64,000 bases of DNA from Mytilus californianus (GCF_021869535.1 NW_026262734.1:39960487-40024486); one strand, 5' to 3'. Positions 40,415 through 52,952 are shown, counted from the stretch's first letter. Notes: generated by a model from the letters alone, not told the origin. A program made the numbers and translations.

Positions 40415-41094
40415 CTGTAAGATAAAAATTTAATTTTCTGAAAGGTAGCTGATATCATTTTGTTTTATCGTGAGGCCAAACTTAAAATATATGTTGTTTC
40501 CCCTTTTTAGACCCAAATTTTATATAGTGGGTAAGTACTGGGTAGGTACATGTACAAAAATGTACCTGAAGGTTCATGTAGGAAAAATATCTTATCTAAC
40601 ATTTATGAAAGGAAATTTACAAAAATGTCATGAAATTTACATTTTTTATTATTTATCAAGAGACTTGAAAGAAAACAACTACATTTTGTATTTCTATTTA
40701 GAATGTCAAAACAAAACTTTTTGAGTAGGGACATTTTTCTTGTGTAGGTTGCATTATATAAGGGGAAGGGAAAAGAAACAAAATTCTATTTATATAAGAT
40801 GTGGTATGATTTCCAATGAGACAACTCTCTAAACAAATCTCAACAAGAGACCAAATGACACTGAATTTAACAACTATCGGTGAGTCAGGGCCTACAAAAA
40901 TGAGTAAAACCCATATCGCATAGTGAGCTAAAATGTATAATAGGCAAAGAAACAATCGCTGTCCTGTTAGTATTGATTTCCTACAAGGGTTTGGATTGAG
41001 AGAAAAATTGTAAAGATTTCTGCCAGCAGGACATATTTGAAAGTGAATTGCAATCATATTCCTACAAACTTCACATGGTTTTGATAGTTTGTAA

Positions 41095-42015
41095 AAAATG
41101 AAGGGGTGCTAAAAATTGAATGCATGTCGTTTCGTAACCTGGTCGATTCGTAACTACGTTGTTTTGTAACTGAGACGTTTCGTACCTGGTGTAATTATAT
41201 ATGGTTATAAAGTGTTAGTTTAAATCAATTAGTTTAAATGAAACAGTTAAAGTTATTATTTAAAAATGATCAAATTGTTCATCTAATAATAACAATATTG
41301 TAATATTTTTAATTTAAAACTTTCTTAAATCTTTTTAATTATTGGCGAATTGGTAATTAGCTCGTTGACAGCTTTTATGGTTTTATGACAACTAATGACA
41401 GGTAATAAAAAAGTAATTACAGTAGGTGTAAAATGATTAAGTAGATTAATGGCACACGACCTGAAAAAAATAAATATTTTCTCCTTTTTTTCACTTTTAC
41501 ATACAATTGCATAACCCTCCTCCTTTTTCACCAGGGCTGGGGACCGGCGTTGGCAGAGTTAAAGTATTTTTTTTTTTAGAACACTTTATCTTACTCTATT
41601 CTTTTTCTTTCTTTCATATACATCACTTTGTTGTCCTTTGTTTGCATGTTTATACTGGCATAAAGCCTGATTTTTCATCCGAAAAACCCTGGTACAAACA
41701 TGAAACAAAGTCTTAGTTGGCCCAGAGACATATGTGTATATATGTCTCTGATTTCACGGAGTTGCTAATCTCTGTGTATATATGTCTCTGGTTGGCCGGA
41801 GCAGCAGCAGCAGTTGGTCCGTAAACAAAAGCACACCTCCTTTACAATGTACTACATGACATCTGGGTTTGAGTGTATTTATCCCAGAATGAGAAACCTA
41901 CGACTCATATTGTTATTATATATTGATATAAGGTTACAAAACGTCTCAGGTACGAAAGGACATAGTAAGTTACGAATCGACTAGTTACGAAACGACCAGG
42001 TTACGAAACGGCCTG
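41095..42015. mobile_element. ~920-bp MITE in intron 1 of the transposase-like gene. Inverted termini made of repeated CGTTTCGTAAC motifs
   Basis: 41100-41165 is the reverse complement of 41940-42012. Confidence 0.6.
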
Positions 42016-42037
42016 CACCCTAAAAATTATTGTTTAC

Positions 42038-42393
42038 CTCATTTCACCTACTATATCCTTCAGATGGAGTGGGGTGTTGCATCTGTTGCAGAAGAGTTGT
42101 TCCGCTAGCACTTCCAACTCAACAACCCTCCTACCTTCATTCCATAAGATGTTTTTACTGTGTCCGATATCAGTTGAAACAGTAACATTGGAGGCTATGT
42201 TCTCAACTGATACCGGTGTCTCTTGAATCATTGTCGGTTCTAATGGCAATTCTCCCCTCGTACCGTAATCATGGTCTCCCCATTGAGTAAATTTATCTCT
42301 CTCGTTCAAAGTGTTCATCCTTTTAGATTTTTTGAATCTGTCGTTCTTAATAAACCGACCGCGAACACGAAGGCGGTCGCAGTCGTCTGCCAT
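42038..42393 (-). CDS. Transposase-like gene exon 1 (ATG 42393): MADDCDRLRVRGRFIKN...RVVELEVLAEQLFCNRCNTPLHLKDIVGEM(R)
   Basis: ATG lies ~470 bp inside the right TIR and reads inward. Donor AG|GTAAAC at 42037-36. Confidence 0.5.
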
Positions 42394-42865
42394 TTTCTTT
42401 GTTTACCTTGTCTACCTATTGCGTAAAAAAAGAATCGGAACCGATTTTAATTACGCAAAATGCACGTGCTATAATAGGTCATGTGATACCCGTCCGTCTC
42501 TACCTTAATACAAATAAATAAATTTTTAATACCACCGGAAACGGCGAATAATTAGTAGACGGGGGGAAATTAGACTCTGTAGTAGATCCTATTTTTGAAA
42601 TCTACAGGAGTTTTGTTTTTTACGTACGATGGAGCTTGGAATTCTCTAACTACATATGGTTCCGCAGACAGACTCTCCGTATTATGATATTACGGTAAAC
42701 GTGGAACTCATGAGAGCATGAAGCTGAGAATACTTTAAGACATAATTATAGTTATCTCAGATGAGAGGTAGAAAGTAAAGATAAACTGTTAGCGCAGGAT
42801 AATGTTCACATGCAGCAAATTTAAAGAGAACGATTTCTCATTTAGTATGGAACTGTGACAGATGA

Positions 42866-42977
42866 CATATATAGACCATCGCACTTCAGCGAACAGACCA
42901 TCGCACTTCGGCGTAGACCATCGCACTTCAGCGTGACCATCGCACTTCAGCGTCCCCATCGCACCTCCGAGTCCTAC
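42866..42977 (-). repeat. Right TIR with subterminal tandem repeats (ccatcgcacttcagcg x5), terminal CGGAGTCCTAC
   Basis: Reverse complement of the left TIR. Confidence 0.8.
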
Positions 42978-45962
42978 ATATATAAACTGTAAGCAGCAAT
43001 AATGTTCAGCAAAGTAAGATCTACAAAAAAGTTAATATGACCATAATTGTCAATTGACCCCTTAAGGAGTTATTGCCCTTTAAAGCCAATTTTACACAAT
43101 TTGTTCATCAAGTTTGCTAACATTTAAAAATCTTCTCCTCTGAAACTACTGGGCCAATTACCTTCAAACTTTAACTAAATGTTCCTTAGTGTATCTTGTT
43201 TATAAATTGTATCCGAAGTTTTGATCCATTGACAAACATGGCCGCCACGGCTAAAAATAGAACATAAGGGTCAAATGCAGTTTTTGGCTTATATCTCAAA
43301 AACTAAATCTTTTAGAGCAAATGTGACATGGGGTAAATTTGTTTAATTGATCAAGATCTACTGGCCCTGAAATTATCAGACGAATTGAACAACCCATTGT
43401 TGGGTTGCTGCCACCGAATTGGTAGTTTTAACAAAATTTTGCAGTTTTTTGCTATTATTTTGAATATTATTATAGATATATATAAACTGTAAGCAGCAAT
43501 AATGTTCAGCAAAGTAAGATCTACAAAAAAGTTAATGTGACCATACTTGTCAATTGACCCCTTAAGGAGTTATTGCCTTTTAAAGACAATTTTACACAAT
43601 TTGTTCATCAAGTTTGCTAACATTTAAAAATCTTCTCCTCTGAAATGCAGGTGAGCGATTGAGGCTCTTGAGACCCTCTTGTTCATTTTCTTGGCCATTA
43701 TTCTCTATTCTTTTTATTTTGGCCCATTTCTCTTTTTTCTATATTTTTTTTGGGCCCTTTATGTGGTATTTTTTGTCCATCATTCTCTATTCTGTAGACA
43801 GTCTTTCCAAACCCTTATTCATTATTCATGCATGAGCTACTTCTGTGATTCAGGTCATATTTCATTTATCCTCCAATAATTTATTTTATTTTTTTTATTT
43901 TCTATTATGCAACGTACTACTAGTAGACCAAACTGGTCTAAACATGGCAAATATAAAGAACAAATGCAAATTTGTGTAAAATGTTTCAAATTATTGTTCT
44001 TGATTTCACAGTTCACAGTGAAAGATGATCACAATTTTTCTGTTTCTGTATGTCCTAATTTTATTAATGCTATTACCCCTTATGATAAATTATCAAGTGA
44101 TAAAAATATGTTTGAAGTCATTTGAATAAATTTCCAGCATAATTTAATTAAGCTGTGAAAATTATGCATTAAACAAACTAGAGTTTAAGAAAGAGTTTCA
44201 AGAAATCTGCAAGGAATTTGGACAATGTTTGCATCACTTAATATAAGGTATGATGCAAGTAACATAATAGGGTCTAGATAGGGGGTGCTTCATTTCCATG
44301 ATTTCATTATTCTTTTCAGACCATTTTTCTCTATTCTTTATTTATTTTTTCCCCTTATTCTCTATTCTTTAAATTTCAGCACCCCATTATTCTTTAATCT
44401 TTATTTCTTTTTGCCTATTTTTCTCTATTCCTTATATATATTTTCACTTTATTCTGCACTTTTTGCCCATTATTCTCTATTCTGTAAACCCCATCAGCAA
44501 TAAATGCTCCTTGGAGCCTCTTGTTCTAGTAAATTAAGAATACAAAGTTACTATAAGAACCAGTACTAATAAGACAATTAACACTAAGTAAAATGTGATT
44601 TTCTAAACAAAATATTATTAACTAAAGAATTTATTTCAGGATACTGTAATTGTAAGTAAACTATAAATAGAATACATTAATTTACAGATGCATTCATGTG
44701 TAATATGTTTTGGAATATTTTAAGACTTTAATGTCAATATATAGGTCTATAACATTGAAGGCAGATGTTTGTTGCAGTTTGACATTAGATTGTGTTGCAG
44801 TAGTGTGAAAACAAGATGACTTAACTAACAGTAGAAAATTGCAGATTTGTATTAGGATTTCATTGAATATATAGTTATAGTTAAGTACCATTCTTTGCAG
44901 GTATGTATTAATTGTGTCAATGAAAAACAATATATTAAGTATTCTATATAAAATTTTTCCCAATTAGTCAGTATTTATTTCAGTCTTTGATACAAGTTTC
45001 ACAACATTTAACATAATAATCTACACAATAAGTATTATCAAATGTAGCAGGTGTCAAAGCTGTCTATTAAGATGAAAGTTCATTTTATTACATTTTATTG
45101 TTACCATGTATGAGAGTCAGGTCAGGGGTTACAGACCTTCAAAATTTTGTATTCTTTAGTTGTTTTAAATTCCATTTGTCTCTAGTCTTTATTTTTTCGT
45201 CCATTAATTATTTTCTTTTCATTTTATTTTAATTAGCACCCATAATATTCTCTATTGTTTGGTTTGGTTTTTTTTTGCCTATATTTTCTATTCTCTATAT
45301 TCTTTTGCCCTTTATTCTGTATTTTTTGACGATTATATATTTTCTATTGTAAGCCCCATCCAGACCCTCATCATTACTGCTTTATTGGGTTTCTAATTAA
45401 TCACTGTTTCTCAACTTCAAATATATCAGGAAAATTTAATATCAATGTGCCACCATTTTTTTTCTTCAAATTATGAAATGTATCATAGATAGATCATTTA
45501 CACTTAAGATATCTTTAATTCCTCTTTAAGTATTAAGAATTAGCTTCTTTAAGCCCCGAAGATATGAGACGACTATACATCTGATTTACATAGAAGTAAT
45601 AAATAATTATTTTATCTTTTCTCTAAAAAGAGCAATTAGTTTCAATAAAACAGGAATTCATTAAGTGTCATTATATATCTCAAATTTTCCATATTCAGTA
45701 ACACTTTCAGAAGATGTTTCATAGGTATGGATTTGGAATGAAATCTTTAAATTTTCTGTCATCAAATTGATACCTTATCACTGCTTTTGTATGGTAATAT
45801 GAATCACTGCACTAGCTATCTTGTCTTTTTCTGGTTTGATTGCCAAAACTTGAACTTTATGCTGATAAATGATATATATTAACACTTCTATGTAAATTAA
45901 GAAAAAAAAGATTCATACATATAATTTTCATGATTGCAATTAATAACTCATTATTTTTCTCT

Positions 45963-45970
45963 TTATAGAT
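45963..45970 (+). promoter_or_regulatory. Weak TATA-like element (TTTATAGA) ~65 bp upstream of the ATG of CYP4-like gene 2
   Basis: Position relative to ATG 46034 only. Confidence 0.2.
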
Positions 45971-46033
45971 GCTTTAATCACTTGTGCATCATAATTTTAT
46001 TTGAAGAGACAATATATGTGACATAGTAGAGCA

Positions 46034-46198
46034 ATGGGTACTATAACATGGACATTTGTAGTTGGTGCCGTTACCATGGTGATGACATACATTGGAATAA
46101 AGCTGTATAGATATTTGAAATGGCTGAGATATGTCACTAAAATTTTATCTAAATTACCCGGTCCAAAACCACACTGGTTATTTGGAAATATTTTTCAG
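46034..46198 (+). CDS. CYP4-like P450 gene 2 exon 1: MGTITWTFVVGAVTMVMTYIGIKLYRYLKWLRYVTKILSKLPGPKPHWLFGNIFQ (signal-anchor plus PGP hinge)
   Basis: ATG at 46034. Donor CAG|GT at 46199. N-terminal hydrophobic anchor plus PGPxxHWLFG is typical of microsomal CYP4. Confidence 0.85.
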
Positions 46199-47088
46199 GT
46201 AATTTAATAACAATTCAGCAAATATATCATAAATATTGAAATTTCACATCTTTTATTTGTCTTTTGTCATTTAAAAAAAGATACATGTAATAGCTATAAG
46301 TAGTTGCATGTTGCTTTTTAATCATGTTGAAGATCATATACTTTTGATGGCAAGCAGGAAACCAGTATTTGTAAATATAGGGTGGTGTGGGGTATATATG
46401 TCATTTAGATATCAAACCAAACAGACAAAAACAAAAGAAATCTAGAGGTCAACATAGATAATAGTCTTCAAAAAATAAACATGCTTGACTGAGCCAAATT
46501 GAATTATAAAAATTTTCAAAAGACTTGTTATCTTTATTCATGATCGAAGTCTGCTTAAACCAACATTTTTTTAAAATTTATAATCAATTATTATTCAAAC
46601 AACTTAAAATGATATACTGTGCTTGGAATTCAGAGACCCCTCTCAAAGAGGTAGGGATTTATCACCCTTTAATTTATTTAAATCACAGGGTAAAATCCGC
46701 AACTTGTTAAAACCTACTGGAATTTAATTATTACAGAGTCTAAAGATATTACGCTATAGTGTAACACATGTCTGTAAAATCAAAATGTAATTCAACACTA
46801 TATATTGAAAATGCATCACACAGTGTAGCATAGTCACATGAAGCTTAATACCAAATATCAGGATGCTCTAATTTGTAGTTCCTGATAAAAATGCTCCCAA
46901 AATTTTAATGGGACAAACTGATGGATTGCATGACTGACTGATGGAAACATGGACAGACCAAAGGATGGTGATTTTTAAAGTTAAATTCAATTCTTGAACT
47001 CTCTTTGATTCCATTCATGTTGGGTTGAGGTTCAATTTAATTCAGAGTCAACTTTATTAATCGTGTTACAATTTTTTTTGTTTTTCAG

Positions 47089-47290
47089 ATAGGAAATTTT
47101 AGTGATTTCCAATATAAATGTCATGAAGAATTCATAGTACAGAAAAGAGAGAAGATATATGTGTTTTGGTTGTCAATGTTGTTTCCCACTGTGATGCTTG
47201 CACATCCAGATACCATCAAAGAAGTGATGAGGTCTAATTCACCAAAGCCTACAGTAGGACCAGGGTATCCATTCCTTGTACCCTGGCTAG
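47089..47290 (+). CDS. CYP4-like gene 2 exon 2: IGNFSDFQYKCHEEFIVQKREKIYVFWLSMLFPTVMLAHPDTIKEVMRSNSPKPTVGPGYPFLVPWL(G)
   Basis: Acceptor ag 47087-88, donor gt 47291-92. Confidence 0.8.
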
Positions 47291-48149
47291 GTATGAAGCC
47301 ATTTCAGATCATTTCAATATTGGTGTTTTTCCATAAGTACCATAAGAATAAAAAGGTGATATGGGGTGACAAACTAATTCTAACAAATTTTAGTTTGTTT
47401 GATGTTTTTCTGCTTTGTATCAATCTGATGAGTTAAGCCTTTTTCAACTGATTTTTAACTGGATTTTCGAAAGAAAAAATCGGTTATTGATTTTGGGATG
47501 TACGGCGAGCGGTCGGGCGGGCGGCTGCCAAACAGTGTCTGTTCATTAATATGAAAACGCTTTGACGAAATCTTTACAAATTTAGATATGTTGTTTCCTG
47601 TGACTAAATGAAGGTCAAGTTCAATTTTCATGATTTTAGCTGTTCTTGTTGTTGAGTTGTAGACCTTTCAGTAGCAAAAGTGATTCTTATTATATGATTT
47701 ATTTATTTTGAGTTATTTCCCTTTGAATAGAAATGGTGTAATTAATAAGTATATGGATAGATAGTCTATCAATGATTGTATCTGTTCAATTGATTTTAGT
47801 CAGGAGTTGTCAAAAATTTCTTTATAACTATTTTTTTTAAAGTTTTGTGTTTTAAAGGTAGATGTCACAGTTGTTATGTGGTATTTTCTTTTTGTTGTAT
47901 GTGTTAATGTTTCATTTTTACTTGATCCTGTTTGGGGATCAAGATTTGCAAATATCATTTTCATTAGACATTTTTATTCTTCCTATAAAACTACACACAA
48001 TTTGTATAATAGATTTTTACAATTAACTAAATATACACATTTGTACATGTATTTGGATTAGGACAATGTATTTACTATTAATTAATTCATGCAATAATTT
48101 CCACCTTTTATCAAGATAACAAACATGTGGTAATTATCAAATAACAAAA

Positions 48150-49060
48150 TTATAATTGGAATGACAGATTTATTTTTGATTTTGGACCCAGTTTTCAAGT
48201 TGGTCCAAATTGGGGTCCAAAATTAAACTGTGTTTGATTTCAACATAAATTGAATATATATAGGGTTCTTTCAAATGCTGAATCTAAACCTGTATTAAAA
48301 TTTTGGATTTTTGGGCCCAGTTTTCAAGTTGGTCCAAATCAGGTTGCAAAATTAAACTTTGTTTGATTTCAACAAAAATTGAATTTATGGAGTTCTTTGA
48401 AATACTGAATCTAACCATGTATTTAGAGATTTTGGATTATTGGCTCCTTTATCAAATTGGTCCACATTGAGGTCCAAAGGTCCTAAATTATACTTTTGTT
48501 TGATTTCATCAAAAATTGAATTCTTGGGGTTCTTTGTCGTCTGTGTTGTCGTCTGTGTCGTCGTACGAAGACATTTGGTTTCCGGACAATAATTTAAGTT
48601 TAAGTGTATGGATCTCTATGAAATTTTACAAAAAGGTTTAATATCACCAAAGAAAGGTTGGGATTGTTTTGGGGGGTGATGGTCCCAAGCGTTTAGGTAT
48701 AAGGGGCCAAAAAGGGGCCCAAAACAAGCATTTTTCTAGTTTCAGGACAATAACTTGTGTATAAGTATGTTGATTGCTCTGAAATTGTACCACAAGGTTC
48801 AATATCACAAGTTGAAGGTTGGGATTCATTTTGGGGGTAATTGTCCAAACCGTTCAGGAATTAGGGGCCAAAAAGTGTCTAAAACAAGTATTTTCTAGTT
48901 TTCAGACAATAACTTGTGTTTAAGTGTAATGATGTCTCTTAAAATGTACCACATTTTACAAAAAGAAAATTTTCTTCAAATGTTATTTTTTTTTTTTTAG
49001 AAAAGGGGAAGGGGGGGGGGGGGGGGGGGTGGTTAAAAAAAATTGGGGGGGGGTGTCAAT
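48150..49060. repeat. Composite repeat: ~140-bp satellite (48150-48540), then ~165-bp units (48600-48960), then G18 and G9 homopolymer tracts (48995-49060). A partial copy of the foldback-element arm family
   Basis: Similarity to 58860-61900. Confidence 0.6.
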
Positions 49061-49387
49061 TTTTTTTCTTCAAGATTTAAGAAATTGTCAATTTTCCAAA
49101 GAAAAATTGGGGGTCACAATTGCTAATTCTTTGTAGGGTTAATATTCATATTAAATTAACATGTTCTCGTCCTGAATAATGCATATTAATTTGCCGCTGG
49201 ACGTTAAGCAGCCATTCATCATCATCATCATCATCTTTTAAGACAGCGCATCAGTATAAATGATAAATCTATTCTATTATCTATAATTGCTGCATTATTA
49301 CCAGTATAAAATGACAAACTTGTACATTTATTCTTTCTTTATGTCCTACAAAATTGTTTTCATTTTCCATTCCTTTTCCTTTTATAG

Positions 49388-49515
49388 GTCAAAGCCTTCT
49401 TGTATCAAATGGACTTAAATGGGAGAGAAATCGTCGATTGTTGACACCAGCTTTCCACTTTAGTATATTGGCAGGGTATTTCAAGATTTACAACGAAGTA
49501 ACTGATGTATTATTG
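49388..49515 (+). CDS. CYP4-like gene 2 exon 3: (G)QSLLVSNGLKWERNRRLLTPAFHFSILAGYFKIYNEVTDVLL
   Basis: Acceptor ag 49386-87, donor GTGAGT at 49516. CYP4 motif W..RR.LTPAFHF.IL. Confidence 0.85.
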
Positions 49516-50209
49516 GTGAGTAAAACATTAGTACCTTTCTTCAATTTTCCACTAATAGTGTATTTTATGGTCTACAAAGGGGTGGCTGATATGTTATCAT
49601 TTAGAAACACCAGAAAGATTTTTGCAGTTTAAATTTATTGGCTCACAGACTCTTACCTGCAATTTAAATTATCGTTGAAAGGTATTGGTCGGTAACCTCT
49701 GAGCTGTCTACGCCAGTACATTTAAGCAATAATGTAATATATGGAAGATAATTTGGCTGATGAGTTATAGGTGAGTTAAACCCCAGTCTATTTCGTACAG
49801 GGATTGGGAATTTCAAGGTCTACATAAGAATGTTATTGTTAACATCATTTTGCCACTAAATATTCTTTATCCAAAAGGAAATAAAAAGAACAACAATACC
49901 TAGCCCTAATTCCAATAGAGTTCTGTTTTGGTTAAGAATTTCCTTCTTATACATATTTGGATAACTACCCAGTACCAAAATTTTGCCAAAATCTATCAGA
50001 ATTGTAGTTCTGATCATTTTTAGACATTTATAATTCGGTCATATATTTGGAAATATGAAAAATGCTGTTATAAGCTTAAAGTAGTCACATTTGAATCTCT
50101 GATACTGTGAGTTTAAGTAAAGATTGAAGGAATTTTAGAAAATGTTCCTGTTGAGAAATGAATAAAGGGGAAGTTGTACCTACCTAAGAATGATCATAAC
50201 AATTGCAGT

Positions 50210-50455
50210 TTTATCATGGAGCCTCCTCATGGGGTTTTTGATTATATGATTACTTGGCTGTTTTTATAGTGATTATTTGATAACCAGACCAAATATTTCA
50301 TGATTATTTGATTATTTGATAATCTAGGACTGTATTTTTGATTATTTGATTTTTTTTTTTTTAAATAATTAATGATTATGTGATTATATTAGCCAAAAAT
50401 TGTGATTATGTGATTACATGGACATCCCCATGAGGGGCCTCATCATATTGATAAT
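50210..50455. mobile_element. ~245-bp MITE with TIR GAGCCTCCTCATGGGG...CCCCATGAGGGGCCTC
   Basis: Inverted termini. Same family at 55140-55300 plus 56380-56455, split by a satellite-bearing insertion. Confidence 0.6.
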
Positions 50456-50670
50456 GTAGTACATTTGTTAAATATAATAAGATTTTCAAGGTTCTATAAT
50501 TCACATGCTTTTTGATAATAAACAGTACATGTGCATGCTGAAGTTTAAAAAATTAGGGCATTTAATTACAATTGAATACAAAAAGGAACAAGTATATGTA
50601 AAATCCTGACTGGTCAAGAGTGTTTTCACATATAGCAACCACATAATTCATGTAAAAACATTTATTTTAG

Positions 50671-50795
50671 GATAAATTGGCAACTATTTGTGAAAAGAGA
50701 AAATACATAGATATTTTCAAACCAGCTAGCATGGCTACTTTAGACACTCTACTTCAGTGTGCCTTAGGATATAAGGGAGATGTACAACAAGTTGG
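50671..50795 (+). CDS. CYP4-like gene 2 exon 4: DKLATICEKRKYIDIFKPASMATLDTLLQCALGYKGDVQQV(G)
   Basis: Acceptor ag 50669-70, donor GG|GTATGT. Confidence 0.75.
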
Positions 50796-51140
50796 GTATG
50801 TGAAATTTTATGTACCGGTTCATAGTTTTCCAAAATTGTAGTACATGTATGATATTGCTTTTCATCTTCAAAATGAACAAAAAATTGATGAAAAAGATAA
50901 AATCTTGTGCAATGCCCAGAATAAATTTGTGAAGATTTCCATGCAGAAAAAATGGAAGGAAGCATTTGAGTTTTAATTCAAACTAATACACTAGCAAAAT
51001 GAATTGTTCACCCCAAAGAATACTAGACACAATAATTGAACAACAAAAATATAATTATTACCTTATTTAACTGTTTTTTAATTTGTACATGTAAGATCAC
51101 AGATCACATAGACATAAAGAACGGTTTTCCTTGTTTTCAG

Positions 51141-51203
51141 AGAAAACCATCCATATGTAATAGCAGTGAATCGACTTGGTTTTCACATTCAGGAAAGATG
51201 TTT
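51141..51203 (+). CDS. CYP4-like gene 2 exon 5: (G)ENHPYVIAVNRLGFHIQERC(L)
   Basis: Acceptor ag 51139-40, donor GTAAGT at 51204. Confidence 0.75.
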
Positions 51204-52107
51204 GTAAGTACTATCAAGTAATATTACTATACAAATCCTTGGGAAGATGTCGTCTTTTTCTTTCTGGAAAAGGAGGGCAATATTTTTCTTTCTTGTGACA
51301 AACAACTTTTTTAAAACTTAAATAAAAAAAGAACATTTTTTTCAATAACATATTTTTTTTAAATAAATGTAGTTGTTTTTTCTTTTAACTTATTTTCAAT
51401 AGAAACAAATCATTTTGTTCAATTCCCTGCTGAAACAAATTACTTTTTTTCAAGAAATTAAGAATGAAACAATAAATTAAAAAAAATATGAATTCAAATG
51501 GAATCCAATTGTAATGTATAAGGGTTTGTTTCAAGACCCTTTTTATTTTGGCTCATACCACAATTGAGTATTAGTTTTTGATTCACTATTGAAAACCTTG
51601 TATTAGAATTTGTGGTTTTGATTCACCATGGAGGGTCTAGATTGGGGATGGGGTCCTTTATTTCTGTATTCTTAAAATCTGTATTTCATTTTTCTCTATT
51701 CTTTATATTGTTGCCAATTTTTCTAAATTCTTTATATTTTAGCACCCTATTATTTTTTATTAGCTTATTATTATTCTAACATTTTTCTCCAACCTTTGTC
51801 CATTATTCTGCTAACCCCATCCAGATCTTCATGGAAAATGCTCAAATAAAAGAACTTTCACAGAAACTTAGTTTTCTTTTAGGACAAAGATATGGGGATT
51901 TACCGAATAGAGAATAATGGGCAAAAAATATAAAGAATAGAGAAAAATGGACCAAAAAAATAAAGAATAGAGAATAATGAGGTAAAATATAAAGAATAGA
52001 GAATAATGGGCAGAAATGAAGGACCCCCATCCAGACCCTCAGATATAAACAGTTTTTGCATATTTTTTTATGTACATGTATAACTTTATTGAATATATTT
52101 TGGGTAG

Positions 52108-52234
52108 ATATATTCACCACTACCCAGAGTTCATATACAGATACCTTACAGCTAATGGCAGAGAATTCTTCCAACTTTGTGATTATGTTCATAAATTCTC
52201 AAAAGATATCATCTCTACAAGAAGAAAAGAACTG
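52108..52234 (+). CDS. CYP4-like gene 2 exon 6: (L)YIHHYPEFIYRYLTANGREFFQLCDYVHKFSKDIISTRRKEL
   Basis: Acceptor ag 52106-07, donor GTAGGT at 52235. Confidence 0.75.
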
Positions 52235-52952
52235 GTAGGTACTCTCATGGGGAGGGGGAATTGTGGGGGCACCCTTTTCAATTATTTTGAATAGCAAAAA
52301 TGCAATCACTTTCATATATATTTTTTGACAAAAATTATACCTACAGCTTATTGGCTATCATGATTATGCTATTTCAAGGAGAGATAAATAGATTCTGCAA
52401 ATGTTTGCACCTGTCCTAAGTCAGGAATCTGATTACAGTAGTTGTCGTCTGTTTATGTAGTTCATATGTGTTTCTCGTTTCTCGTTTCTATATAGATTAG
52501 ACCGTTGGTTTTTCCGTTTGAATGGTTTTACACTAGTAATTTTTTGGGGCCCTTTATAGCTTGCTGTTCGGTGTGAGCCAATGCTCCATGTTGAAGGCCG
52601 TACCTTGACCTATAATGGTTTACTTTAATAAATTGTAACTTGGATGGAGAGTTGTCTCATTGGCACTCATACCACATCTTCCTATATCTATTGTCAAATA
52701 TCTGATGGCTGTGGATTAAATGGCATCTGAGAAACATATTTGACATTTGATTAGTTTCAGATACTTATGATTCAATCAGAAGCCTCAATTTCTTAACCTT
52801 ATTATATATCATTGAATAAGTAACCTATTCCACTACTCTACCTGTGACTCATTATAAAAGTAAGCGCACCCCTCAATAGATATTGCATTATATTATAGAA
52901 GACAATTCTAGACAGTGTAAATGAAAAACATAGTACATCATTAGATATTTAC

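Larger units (their letters stand above)
23768..42977 (-). mobile_element. Candidate autonomous TIR DNA transposon of 19.2 kb. TIR 5'-GTAGGACTC(C/G)GA... with 4-5 subterminal CGCTGAAGTGCGATGG repeats at each end. Carries a transposase-like gene and an exonuclease gene and has accumulated secondary insertions
   Basis: 23768-23920 is the reverse complement of 42875-42977. The flanks reconstitute an uninterrupted family-A element sequence (tattatagatatatataaactgtaagc, compare 43476). The target is TA-rich, so the TSD length is ambiguous (2-6 bp). Confidence 0.65.
23258..43680 (+). mobile_element. Family-A non-autonomous element, copy 2 (AGCTCACC...CAGGTGAGCG), split by the 19.2-kb insertion. It is itself inserted in a GGGTCTGG-type MITE (23192-23257 / 43681-43835)
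   Basis: Left part 23258-23767 and right part 42978-43680 are colinear with copy 1 at 2706-3660. A (GTCGTC)n microsatellite lies at 23290-23400. Outer flanks carry the ttctctattctttata MITE repeats. Confidence 0.6.
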
